This document shows, one piece after another, positions 1 to 11,657 of a stretch of 64,000 bases of DNA. The notes under the pieces were generated by a model. It was given only the letters and a program-made list of their open reading frames with translations. It ran no database searches and was not told the DNA's origin. Location of the stretch: NCBI RefSeq assembly GCF_006345805.1, contig NC_043002.1, positions 8,990,001 to 9,054,000 on the forward strand. The letters are read 5' to 3'. A program made the translations under genes and the position numbers. Numbering within the stretch: the stretch's first letter is position 1; each line of letters opens with the position of its first letter. Source of the DNA: Octopus sinensis (taxonomy: Eukaryota).

Positions 1-236
1 ACATAAAATACACCAATCTGACCGTGGCCGTTGCCAGCCCCGCCTGGCACCTGTGCAGGTGGCACGTAAAAAGCACCCACTACACTCACGGAGTGGTTGG
101 CGTTAGGAAGGGCATCCAGCTGTAGAAACATTGCCAAATTAGACTGGAGCCTGGTGCAGCCTTCTGGCTTCCCAGAACCCCGGTCGAACCGTCCAACCCA
201 TGCTAGCATGGAGAACGGACGTTAAACGACGACGAC
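1..236 (+). mobile_element. 3' UTR fragment of RTE LINE family A
   Basis: Matches the 3' end attached to the RTE ORF at 2363-3420 (CATGCTAGCATGGA...GGACGTTAAA plus trinucleotide tail). Confidence 0.85.
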
Positions 237-259
237 ATAATATATGTATATATATATAT

Positions 260-317
260 GATTGATTGATTGATTCTAGTTTCAGCTCATGAGCTGTGGC
301 CATGCTGGGGCACCGCC
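260..317 (-). mobile_element. Isolated SINE 3' tail (stem-loop module)
   Basis: Revcomp GGCGGTGCCCCAGCATGGCCACAGCTCATGAGCTGAAACTAG resembles the SINE-B 3' end; (ATTG)n tail. Confidence 0.7.
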
Positions 318-474
318 ATATATATATAATTAGAAAAAAAACACCTTTTATCAATTCAAAATGAACAATTAAATTACACCATCTAGAAAATTACATATAA
401 TAGAAATATTAAAAATAAAATAACAATAATATACTGATGATTAAATAAATTGCAAAATAATAATAAAAACATAT

Positions 475-571
475 ATCATCATCATCATCATCATTTAGCG
501 TCCGCTTTCCATGCTGACATGGGTTGGACGGTGCAACTGGGGTCTGGGAAGCCAGAAGGCTGCACCAGGCC
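475..571 (-). mobile_element. RTE family A 3' end fragment
   Basis: (CAT)n tail plus TTTCCATGCTGACATGGGTTGGACGG as in other copies. Confidence 0.8.
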
Positions 572-2207
572 CATTTCATTTCATTTCATTTCATTTGAGT
601 TTGAGTCCATGCTCAGGCCAAGTCGAAGACTCCACCCTTAGAGTCTGGTGTGGTTGCCAGGTTGTATTCTCTGTTTAATTTTGACCTGTGTAGGAGCGAG
701 TTTGAGTCAGTTTGTGCTCATTGTGTATATCCTGGGAGATGGGGTTCATCTCTAATGGTGCTTAAGTATCTATACAGCTGCAATTTGAATGATTCCACAC
801 TGCATCCTGATAGATTTCTGACATGTACCGGAATGGAGTTGAATAGTTGTGCTCCTCGAACCAACAGACTTGACTCTCGCAGGGTTTTTGCTGCCTGGCC
901 AGCCTTTTTGTTGATTGGTGGTAGCTGGCAGCGTCTTCCGTGGCGCAGTGAGTGGTAGGTTTTGATACCAAAGTTTGGCACCTTTTGCTCTATCATTTTC
1001 CAAATGTATATAATTCGGTATCGCTCAAATCTTCTTTCTATTGAGTACATCTTCAAGGTTTTGAGTCTTTGCCAATAGTCCAGGTCCCTCGTTTCTGAGA
1101 AGTATGAGGTAAAATTTCTTTGGAGCGATTCCATCTTAGATAGTTGGCCCTTTGTTGTTGGTGACCACAACTGAGAACAGTAGTCAATCCTCGGAAGTAT
1201 CATACTGTTCCAGAGGGTTTTCATTGTTGAGGTATCTCTTGATTTGAAGGTGCGCAAGATCCACCCGCTGTCTAAAGACTCCGCCGGTTACGACGACGAG
1301 GGTCCCAGCTGATACGATCAACGGAACAGCTTGCTCGTGAAATTAACGTGCAAATGGCTGAGCATTCCACAGACACGTGTACCCTTAATGTAGCTCTCGG
1401 GGATAATCAGCGTGACACAGAGAGTGACAAGGCTGACCCTTTGAAATACAAGTACAACTCATTTTTGCCAGCTGAGTGGACTGGAGCAACGTGAAATAAA
1501 GTGTCTTGCTCAAGGACACAACGCATCACCGGGAATCGAAATCACAACCTTACGATCATGAGCCGAATGCCCTAACCACTAAGCCACGCGCCCTCACTCC
1601 ACCCGCTGTACTTTCTTGCAGTAAGACAGACTGAGTCAAGGTGTTCTCTGAATTTTAGGCTGGTTCCCATGTGGATGCCTAAATCTTTCACATACTGTTT
1701 TTCCATTATTTGTTGTCCTGATGGGTTTCTGTAGTTTGTTGTATTTTTCAGATCTTGATCTGTTCCGTAGTGAATTAGTTAAAACTTCTTATCATTGAAC
1801 AACATGTTGTTTGTTTCCTGCCATTTATATATGGTGGTCAGGTCCTTTTGTAAGGCCTCTGTATCCACCTCGTCTTTGATTTGTCTCATGACCCTGGTGT
1901 CATCAGCAAAGGATGAGACGTTGCTGGTTGTATCTTCATCTATGTCAGAGATGAGGAGGAGAAACAGGATTGGGCCGAGTACTGTACCCTGAGGAACACT
2001 GCTGGTCACAGGTGATGGTGTTGAATGGGTTCCATTCACAGTGACTGTTTGAGTTCTATTTGTAAGGAACTCATGTATCCATGTACCAACTTTTCCTCCT
2101 ACTCCTAGCTTTCGAAGTTTGTGACCCAGGATGCCATGATCTACCTTGTCAAATGCCTTGGCAAAGTCGAGGTAAATAACATCTGTGTTGTATCCATTCT
2201 TTAGTAT
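572..2207 (-). mobile_element. 5'-truncated CR1-group LINE (RT plus C-terminus), interrupted by a SINE
   Basis: RT motifs YLDFAKAFDKVDH, VPQGTVLGPILF, SFADD, KDLGI; C-terminal LKMYSIERRFERY; (AAATG)n tail at 572-597. Frame is continuous after removing 1272-1597 plus one TSD copy, with one TAA at 1779-1781. Confidence 0.92.
1272..1597 (-). mobile_element. Full-length tRNA-derived CORE-like SINE (family E)
   Basis: A box TGGCTTAGTGG, B box-like GATTTCGATTCCC, CORE-like GTGTCCTTGAGCAAGACACTT; 12-bp TSD TCCACCCGCTGT at 1260-1271 and 1598-1609. Confidence 0.92.
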
Positions 2208-2292
2208 CCATTGCCAGTCTGATCTGGCAATGTTTCTACGGCTGGATGCCCTTCTTAACGCCAAAATATATTTGGTATATATATATATTTGG

Positions 2293-2362
<70 letters not shown>

Positions 2363-2366
<4 letters not shown>

Positions 2367-3420
2367 TCATCATCATCATCATCATCGTTTAACGTCCGCT
2401 TTCCATGCTAGCATGGGTTGGACGGTTCAACTGGGGTCTGGCAAGCCCGAAGGCTGCACCAGGCCAGTCAGATCTGGCAGTGTTTCTACAGCTGGATGCC
2501 CTTCCTAACGCCAACCACTCCGAGAGTGTAGTGGGTGATTTAATGTGCCACCGACACAGGTGCCAGACGAGGCTGGCAGACGGCCACGCTCGGATGGTGT
2601 TTTTTATGTGCCACCGACACAGGTGCCAGACGAGGCTGGCTGACGGCCACGCTCGGATGGTGTTTTCTTATGTGTCACCGACACAGGTGCCAGACGAAGC
2701 TGGCAGACGGCCACGCTCGGATGGTGTTTGTTACGTGCCCTCAGCACGGAGGCCAGTCGTTGCGGTACTGGCTACGGTCACGTTCGGATGGTTTTCTTAT
2801 GTGCCACCGGCACTGGTACCACAAGGATACAAATTCCATTGATGTTCATCTATTTTGATTTGGTTCGATTTGATTTGATTTGATTCGATTCGATTCTCAC
2901 TTGCCTCAACAGGTCTTCACAAGTGTCACAAGAAGGAAGGTATGCACAGGTGGACTGACTACGTCCCAGGTAGGGGCCACGGATTATGGCTTCACTAGTC
3001 TTGCCGGGTCTTCTCACGCACAGCATACTTCCATAGGTCTCGGTCTCTAGTCATTTCCATGGTGAGACCTAACGTCCGAAGGTCGTGCTTCACCACCTCG
3101 TCCCAGGTTTTCCTGGGTCTACCTCTTCCACGGGTTCCCTCAACTGCTAGGGATTGGCACTTTCTCACACACCTATCTTCATCCATTCTCGCCACATGAC
3201 CATACCAGCGCAATCGTCTCTCTTGCACACAACAACTGATGCTTCTTAGGTACAACATTTCTCTCAAGGTACTAACGCTCTGTCGAGTAAGTACACTGAC
3301 ATTACACATCCATCGGAGCATACTGGCTTCGTTCCTCACGAGCTTACGCATGTCCTCAGCAGTCATGGCCCATGTTTCACTGCTATGTAGCATGGCTGTT
3401 CGTACACATGCATCATACAG
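2363..3420 (-). mobile_element. 5'-truncated RTE LINE family A with long repeat-containing 3' UTR
   Basis: ORF 2995-3393 (SETW, RRLRWYGHVARM, RGRGRPRKTW); three ~58-bp UTR repeats at about 2543-2725; (CAT)n tail. Confidence 0.92.
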
Positions 3421-3546
3421 TCATACAGTCATATATATATATATATATATATAATTATAACATGATTACTGTATGTCACTTTTGTATCTTACACTATAAC
3501 AGTGTGATATACAAAACCATGGAACAAGTTAGACACTAACTGTATT

Positions 3547-3969
3547 CACTTTCTTATGAAGAAAGGCTGAAGACGCTCGACCTTTATTCTCTAGAAAAAC
3601 GCAGACGCCGTGGTGATCTCATTCTTGCTCACAACATCATAAGCGGAAAGTGTAACCTCTCGAAAGAGATGTTCTTCACTCCTGCTCCAAAGCGTCAGCT
3701 GTGGTGTCACTCCGAAAAGTTCTATCTGCGACGATTTCATCTCAATCGAAGGAGAGGGGCTTTCTCCGTCCGTGTTGCGGATCCGTGGAATAAGCTGCTG
3801 GACGAGATAGTGAAGATGCCGACGACCGCTCGGTTCAAAGTCTCTCTTGACCAGAAATGGCCTGAACTCTTTGTATGAACACCCTCCCTGTACAAAACTC
3901 CATGTCCCCCTACATGGCCTTGCCATTGCTTTTTGAACCAAAAAATTAACTTAACTTAACTTAACTTAA
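3547..3969 (+). mobile_element. CR1-clade LINE 3' end
   Basis: Reads LSYEERLKTLDLYSLEKRRRRGDLI...FSVRVADPWNKL; (TTAAC)n tail at 3946-3969. Confidence 0.88.
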
Positions 3970-5490
3970 GGTATTCCCCAAAACTCTGCCAAAAACTTTA
4001 CCAATCCAAAACAACTCTCAATGAACTATAACAACAACTTCCTGTGACTCCATGAACTCACTAATGACACCTTTTGACTTCCTGTAATTTCTCACCTCTC
4101 GCTCTCAGTCAAACACGCTGCTACTTAGACGAGTTTGGCAATTCCATGATTCTCACCAAAACATTTCCCCTTTTCAGATTTGACTTCTGTAAGAACTTGT
4201 TTATTTAGTTTTATTCTTTTTTTTTTTTTTCATCATCACTTTTCCCTTTTTTGAAATTTTGATTTCCTCAGAAGTTTTAATACTTCTTCTGCTTAGGGAC
4301 TATTTCTAGTCATTCTGTTTACATTTTCTGTTGCTGATCTGCCTAGGTTCAACCTCTTTTGGTGTTGGAACATCAAACAAGTCATAAACTTCCATCGGTA
4401 TTTCTTCTCTTTCTACAATATGTCCAGTCTTCAACTGGTTCAAATGTTTCTTCTCTCTTATTTGACATTTTATTTTGTACATAATACTACCTATTCTTTT
4501 TGTCTCTACACTATCCTCCCAACCTTGTCTTCCATTCTTATATATTTTGAAATGAATTTCCTCTCCCACATTAGAATACTTTGTTATGTTTTGGGGTTTT
4601 CTCTTATCAAAAATTGATTTTATCTTCCAGACAAGCATTAGCTCTGTGGGTGACTTGCTTGAACAGGTGTTTGGGTTAGGCGTTACCCTGTAAACCTTTA
4701 AGAATTGAGTTAGTGCTGCATCATTGCCTAATTCATTTCCTGACTTTTTAGTGCTCGTTTAAATGTGTCTACAAACCTTTCTGCTCGCCCATTTGATCTC
4801 GGGTTGTACAGCGGTGTAGAGATGTGATTGACAGCACAGACCTCACAGAAAATTTTCAATTCTTACCCTGAAAACTGCATTCCATTATCCAATGCTATGG
4901 TGTCTGGGACTCCATACCATTCAAAAAGTTCATAAAGGAACCTTATTGTTACCTTCGAGGTTGTTTGACTGCAATTACACATCTCTGGTCACTTGGTACA
5001 GCTGTCTACTATGACCAGATAATGCATGCCATTTACTGCTCCAGCAAAATCTATAAGTAGCCTGGACCACGGACTCTCAGTCTTAGGTCACGATTGGAAT
5101 TTCACTGGTGGTGACTTTACTGCAAAAGCACAACCTCTGCAGGATTTCACCAATTGTTCAATATCACGGTCCATAGCAGGCTAATACAAGTAACTCCCCA
5201 TTACTGATTTCATTCTTGAAATCCCTGGGTGTCCCATATGAAATTCACTTAATACATGCTTTTGTAGTGCGGCTGACACTACAACTCTTTGTCATACATC
5301 AACACATTATCCCACAGAGAAAAATGGTTAGCATTTGTGTTACATATATTTTTCTTTTCTTTCACTTTTGTAATGGTGTGGGTGATAAATAATTGAATGA
5401 TCTCCATTGCAAGAAAGATCATAGAGCAACCTTCCTTTTCTAAGTTTCTCGAAGCATCTGTGTCTTGAGACATGATTCTTAATTATTCAA
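3970..5490 (-). mobile_element. pol: Degenerate Gypsy LTR retrotransposon 3' part (integrase, PPT, probable 3' LTR)
   Basis: HMGHPG..CRGC zinc finger, PWSRLLIDFAG, GVPDTIALDNG and SNGRAERF with stops; polypurine tract AAAAAAGGGAAAAG (4239-4252) followed by TG. Confidence 0.82.
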
Positions 5491-5494
5491 GAAG

Positions 5495-7100
5495 CTACCA
5501 AATGTATTTTCGGTGTGCCTTCTCTCACCTTCCTTGGACACACCATTGATAAGGATAGAATTAGGCCTTTGCCAGAAAAAGTTGAGGCTACCGTACAAAT
5601 TCCAGTTCCCGCCTCATTAAGACAGCTCAGGCAATTTCTTGAATTAGCTAATTTCTATCCGAAACTCTATACCCTCTCAACAAATTGCTGCAACACCGCA
5701 AGAAGAAAACAGAAAAGATCACTTTAACTCCTACTGCAATACAAGCTTTCGACGATGTTAAACAGAAACTCTCTCATGTCTCCATGTTGGTTCACCCCAT
5801 TCCTGATGCCAATATTTGTCTTGTAGTCGACGCGTCCGAAATTGGCACTGGCGCAGTCATTTACCATATCCACCATGGCAGATGGCAACCCCTGGCACTT
5901 TTCTCTAAGTAGTTAAAACCAAATAAAACTAAATACAGCGCATTCAGTCGTTAACTATTAGCTACTTACCTCTCAGTTAAACACTTCCAACACATTTTGG
6001 AAAGGAGAAAGTTCACAATATTTATGAACCATAAGCCGTTATCTTTCGCTTTACACTGCAAGCAAGATAAATGTTCTCCGATAGACATTCGACATTTGGA
6101 TTACATTTCACAATTCACGAGTGATATACGATACATTTCAGGTACTGAGAACATTGTTAGAGATTCTTTATCCCGTTTACCTGACAATGCGTTATTTTCA
6201 ACTGCAGAAATTAACTTGAATGAAATGTCTAAAGATCAACCATTGATCAACCTATTTCTTTACTACCCACAAGGGGCTAAACACAGACGGGACAAACAAG
6301 GACAGACAAATGGATTAAGTCGATTACATCGACCCCGAAAGGATGAAAGGCAAAGTCGACCTCGGTGGAATTTGAACTCAGAACGTAATGGCAGACGAAA
6401 TACGGCTACGTATTTCGCCCGGCGTGCTAACGATTCTGCCAGCTCGCCATTGATCAACTGTTGATTTGAATAATATCCAACAACCAGAACTAATTCCCTT
6501 CGGCCTCGAATTTTCCCCAGTTGCGACATCAAACAAACAGATCCTTTGTGATAATTCTTCTGGTAACCCTCACCCTTTACTTCCTGAAAAGCATTGCCGT
6601 ATCGTTTTCTCAGCACTACACAATATTTCACATCCTGGTATAACAGCAACATCGAAGCTTATTTCACCTCGTTTCGTTTGGCTGAACATGCGTGGAGACA
6701 TTGCTAACTGACTCGAACCTGTGTCAATTGTCAAAGATCCAAAGTACATAAACATATCCATGCACAATTAGGTACTTTCTTCACTCCAGATGCACATACA
6801 TGTTGACATAGTAGGACCTTGGCCTACGAGTCAGGGCTACATGTTTTTTATTAACCTGTATCGACCGTTTTTGCCACTGGCCAGAAGTCATTCCACTCAC
6901 AGATATCTCTTGTCTAACTGTGGCACAAGCTTTAGTCACAGGATGGATTTCTCGTTTCCGAACACCTGTTGAAATAACAACAGATCGCAGTCGTCAATTT
7001 GAAGCTAAACTCTTCCAGAAACTAACCAAGTTTTTAGGAACTAAACACATCCATTCCACTAGTTACCACCCAGCTTCAAACGATATGGTAGTGCAATATT
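5495..7100 (+). mobile_element. pol: Degenerate Gypsy pol fragment (RT end, RNase H, integrase)
   Basis: FLGHTI, LVVDASEIGTGAV, NHKPL, HNISHPG, HVDIVGP, ITTDRSRQFE, TSYHPASN; frameshifts and stops. Confidence 0.9.
6252..6448 (-). mobile_element. SINE family C inserted in Gypsy pol
   Basis: Matches other SINE-C copies; TSD ATTGATCAAC at 6242-6251 and 6449-6458. Confidence 0.9.
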
Positions 7101-7502
7101 TCACTGACAGCTTGCTACAATTTTTTTTGTTGTTTTCATATCTTTCCCTCATGATCATAATTCAGGTCCAAGGGTAGTAGTAGCAGGAGCTATGTTTATT
7201 ATTTGACTGTTTAGACCTAGTGGCGTATTTCACCTGTTTTCTACTAGTGGGCACATGACCAAAACCGCTTGTGATGACTGGATACTTTAAGTTATCCGAT
7301 CACACCACTTGCCAGACCAGAAAAGTGCAGTGCCTTTTCAGCCTGCTGATAGCTATAAGTAAAGAATTTCTTCTAAGCATTCTCAGAGAGGAGAGGGTGG
7401 TCAGCAGAGATCTTTGACGCCATGCTTTGTGTTTTTGCTGCACATTCATTATGTACAAGCTGCACGAACAACCAATGTACTTTGGTTAACGGTATTATTC
7501 AT

Positions 7503-7644
7503 GGTCGACTTTGCCCTTCATCCTTTCGAGGTCGACTAAATAAGTACCAGTTACGCACTGGGGTCTATATAATCGACTTAATCCGTTTGTCTGTCCTTGT
7601 TCGTCCTCTCTGTGTTTAGCCACTTGTGGGTAGTAAAGAAATAG
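7503..7644 (+). mobile_element. SINE family C 3' half
   Basis: GGTCGACTTTGC...GTGGGTAGTAAAGAAATA. Confidence 0.85.
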
Positions 7645-7932
7645 TATTATTCATGTTGTACCAGTTTGCTGTATCTTAGAGAAATAAATGTCTTCGTATT
7701 TCTTGGTTTCTTAAGCATGACTCATTTGAAACCGGAGAATTATAACATTACCAGGGCCAGTGCCACATCACCTTCCCTCTACTAAAGACTTTTCAAGATC
7801 TGCTCTTCAATGAAGAACCAAATTAAAATTTAAAAAGAGTGGGTGCAATGATGTTCCCTTTTGCAAAACAAACGACATAATTTGAGCATGTTGAAGTAAA
7901 AAAATGCTAGGAACAGAGAATAAATTACATAC

Positions 7933-8048
7933 TGAAGCTGTGCAAAAATGTGCTGGATGCTGATATGTGAGAAAGAAATTTCTCAAATTGAATTCTTCCT
8001 TCAAACTTCGGATTAAGCTTGAATACTCCGTTTCGGACATTCTGTAAA
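7933..8048 (-). CDS. Candidate internal exon of an unidentified host gene
   Basis: Strong acceptor CTTTTTTTTTTTCTGTATTTTTACAG and donor GTATGT; open frame (V)YRMSETEYSSLIRSLKEEFNLRNFFLTYQHPAHFCTAS; no homology recognised. Confidence 0.35.
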
Positions 8049-8499
8049 CTGTAAAAATACAGAAAAAAAAAAAGATTAATGACAGAACTGTTAATACTAT
8101 TCATTTCTTTAATTTTTGTTATTATTACATCTATATTTGCGTTGTGTCAGTCAAGTACCGAATAGGATTTAATCACCTATCTTTTTCCTCCCAAATATCA
8201 GGTTTTATAACTGTGTGTGAGAAACCAGTCTTTTAACTTAAGGCAAGGTAGTTTTATTGTTAAGGAGAGGCTAAGTCAATCATTATAATATTAAAGATAC
8301 TCATTATGAAGAGACATCTGGTGCATCTGACTTTTAGTAATAAGTTCAAATTATGTTAAGGTCAGCATTACTGTTCAGACCTCTGATGATGATAAAGTAT
8401 AGGGTTCCTTCATTACACCCTCTACATGAGTTGATTTCGTCAAAAGAAATCAATTTCCATTTCTATCAAATTTATAGTGAAGCTCTTTCAGTAGACAAA

Positions 8500-8593
8500 A
8501 TGTTTCTTTCAGTTTCCGTCCACCAAATTCCCTCAAAAGGCTTTGGTTGACCTGGTACTAGAGTAGAAGACACTTGCCCAAGGCACCACGCAG
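8500..8593 (-). mobile_element. Degenerate SINE family B fragment
   Basis: AGAAGACACTTGCCCAAGGCACCACGCAG CORE-like segment. Confidence 0.7.
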
Positions 8594-8963
8594 AATATTC
8601 TGGATTTTCAGAGACAGCTTTCTTTTTGTCCATTTCTGAGTGAGTTTGGCCACCCTGACCATGACCTCTTCCCAGTTCCTATCCACCTGGAGACCAGCTC
8701 AAAACCAGACTCCAAGCACTTTGACCGGACCCTCCGTTTAGCAACAGAAATTATCACTGGTTAACATAAGCTTGCCTCTCCAAGAGCTTGGTAGCAAACC
8801 CATTGATTTGTCCTGGTTTTTGTATGTTCCTGTACGTATCTGATATTCTTTCAGCATAGTGTTGGTCGTGTCTATATCTGAAGTGTCTGACGGCATCTGT
8901 GTATGCAGACACACCTCATCTGTGATCTTGTTCCAGCGGGACACCCCTCAAACACTCCAGCCT

Positions 8964-9146
8964 TCACAGCAAAGTTTCTAATGCCAAAACATATAAAAAC
9001 GGAGAAAGGAAGCAACCTTGACAAACTGAGCGTTCAAAACTGAAAGGTTCCAAAAAGCGGGCATTTAATCTGATTTGCAAGCAGATGCCACAATACACTG
9101 TGGTGATCCAGCCTCTGAAAACAGGACCAAAACCGACAGCTTTTAC
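8964..9146 (-). mobile_element. Tx1/L1-type RT fragment
   Basis: GFGPVFRGWI...FERSVCQGCFLSPFLYVLALETLL; a weaker RTE-like remnant lies at about 8690-8950. Confidence 0.7.
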
Positions 9147-9159
9147 AACAACAACAAAC

Positions 9160-9250
9160 ATCATCATCATCATCATCATCATGAGGAGGAGGAGGAGGAG
9201 GTGGTGGAAGAGGAGGTGGTGGTGGTGGTGGTGGTGGTGGTGGTGGTGGA
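9160..9250. repeat. Compound (CAT)n(GAG)n(GTG)n microsatellite
   Basis: Direct reading. Confidence 0.95.
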
Positions 9251-9862
9251 TAATGTGCACTCAATAATATCGACAATATCAACAAGGTGACTGTTATGTG
9301 TAGTTTGGGTTCTAATGGGATAGACAACCAAATGAAAGCCATTGTTATTGTTTACGTGTTTATTTACTATTCATGTGACACGGACTCGACATTCAGCGTA
9401 GTGATACATTTACACTTTACGTACAGCTTGTACTGTTCACTAACAAAATAGTGCCAAAAGTGGGGATGTATTCTGCATACGTAAACACATAGATATGAAT
9501 GTGTAACAGTGACGAAGCTGATAATGGCGACAGCAATGATGATATTAATTGGGATGAATATGCATCTCTTTTTTATGGTTGTTTTGTGTCATAATAAGCA
9601 AAACAGTTCTGTACATCACCAAAATACCACCACACCATAATCTTCCAGTTTACTTCTTGAGAAAACCACTTAATTAGTACAACATAGCAGTATATAAGTG
9701 GCACCACTTGGTACCACGTATAATGCCTTTAGTGGGTTGGTTAGTGCGTTAAGGGCCAAGGTATAATTACGATTTCTTGGTTGCACTGAGTCGTGTTGGA
9801 AAGAAATACAAGAAAACGAGTTGCAATTAACTGCTGTTTTATTCAACCACTGAAGGAATTGG

Positions 9863-10276
9863 GGATCTTTTCGGTTTGAACGGCAGTTTTTTAAAAATAA
9901 TTTCCACGTAATTAAACACTTTCAAACTTCGTATACTGGTAGAATGTGTTTATAAAACATCTTTTTCTCTTGGCTTTATTGAGAAAATTCTATAGTTTGT
10001 AAGATATTTGTTGTTTTTTTATTCTTCAATTTTTGCAATTTCAACCAATCAATGATGTCTATTGAGGTGAAAACATTCTATGCCGTATGAATATGTCCCT
10101 CGTTTAAGAAACATATTGGGTTTATTTATATTTCTGAAGAAAAAAAGATACCCTTCCTCCCACCCCTAACCCTAAAACAGATTGAAATGCAATAGATCGA
10201 TACTAGGGTCATAATTATGGGTGACAATTTCATATGACACCGCTAGAAAAAACTGCCGGTCAAACCGAAAAGATCC
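9863..10276 (+). mobile_element. MITE family M (GGATC TIRs, 8-bp TSD)
   Basis: ~30-bp TIR GGATCTTTTCGGTTTGAACGGCAGTTTTT; TSD GGAATTGG at 9855-9862 and 10277-10284. Confidence 0.93.
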
Positions 10277-10475
10277 GGAATTGGTACAGTAACTGTTGGT
10301 ACATCAGGAATGATACTATTTGAAGAAAATGTACATATTTGTTTCTTAAATCAGTTGAAACTTGGTGATGTGTGTTGGGCAGACGGGAACAGAAAAATAC
10401 GTGACATCCCTTCGTGGAGTCTTTCAGATCTTCTCTGCTTGGTAAACAGGAATACACATAGCGCTTCAAACCTAC

Positions 10476-10516
10476 CTGCAAATGACTCTCCTTTCAGAGT
10501 GCCTTTTCGCAACTCA
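10476..10516 (-). CDS. Candidate 41-nt exon of an unidentified host gene
   Basis: Acceptor TCTTACCCATTTTCACCAG and donor GTAGGT; reads ELRKGTLKGESFA-G; phase-1 end matches the exon candidate at 7933-8048. Confidence 0.3.
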
Positions 10517-10787
10517 CTGGTGAAAATGGGTAAGATCCTTCTATTTAAAGATGATTACATACCCCAGAAAGCAAACATTATTTTGTCGCGCTCGATTGGT
10601 CTGTCAAGTGACCTGATTGGACAACTAACGTATCCAATTTCAACTGACGGACTTGGTCGATATTTTATACCATCGTAGAAAACTTATATTTGAGTCATTT
10701 TCTTACTATTTAAGCCTAGTATGACGAGAACCTCGCTACATGTCACATTTACTGATTAAGCACAAGGAGGGGGGATGGTATAGTGGT

Positions 10788-11185
10788 AGGTCGACTTTGC
10801 CTTTCATCCTTTCGGGGTCGATAAATTAAGTACCAGTTACGCACTGGGGTCGATGTAATCGACTTAATACCTATGTCTGTCCTTGTTTGTCCCCTCTGTG
10901 TTTAGCCCCTTGTGGGTAGTAAAGAAATAGGTATAATTGATGAATATGGAAGTCTGCGAGCTGGCAGAAACGTTAGCATGCCGGGCGAAATGCTTAGCAG
11001 TATTTCGTCTGCCGTTACGTTCCGAGTTCAAATTCCGCCGAGGTTGACTTTGCCTTTCATACTTTTGGGGTCGATTAAATAAGTACCAGTTACGCACTGG
11101 GGTCAATATAATCGACTTAATCTCTTTGTCTGTCCTTGTTTGTCCCTTCTGTGTTTAGCCCCCTTGTGGGTAGTAAAGAAATAGG
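10788..11185 (+). mobile_element. Two adjacent SINE-C copies (3' half plus near full-length)
   Basis: Both end GTAGTAAAGAAATAG and are followed by GTATAATTGAT (10931-10941, 11185-11195). Confidence 0.88.
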
Positions 11186-11602
11186 TATAATTGATTAATA
11201 TTTCGACAGTTGTTAAAATTAGGCACAGATCATCCTTTCTACTAGGAAGAAGACACTACCAGTAATTAATTATACATCATCCTACACAGGATAAGATGAA
11301 ATATATTACATTTAAGGAAATATATATTTGAATCTTGCTAAAAATGGTCTTAGAATCAAAGACTAACTTAAAACCCCTGTGATCATGAACTCAATTATCA
11401 TAATTACGGAATCTCTTTTATGCTTCTGATTGTTTCAATCTTTGGATTGTGGTCATACTGGGGCAACACCTTAGTGGGTTTTTAGTCAATCATATCACCA
11501 GTAATGCATTTTAAATTTGTCGCTTATCTTTCGATCTTTCTGTCTTTCAAATAGCGTCAACCTAAAAACGGACATGTGAAGACACATATGTGCACGCACA
11601 CG

Positions 11603-11657
<55 letters not shown>

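Noticed and set aside
2565-2600. HDV-like ribozyme (GCC-loop-GGC resembling P3/L3)
   Set aside because: Could not find P1, P2, P1.1 or the catalytic J4/2 strand on either strand
10498-10529. Plus-strand 32-nt exon candidate overlapping the minus-strand one
   Set aside because: Good splice signals but no compatible partner exon found; it also shows such signals can arise by chance
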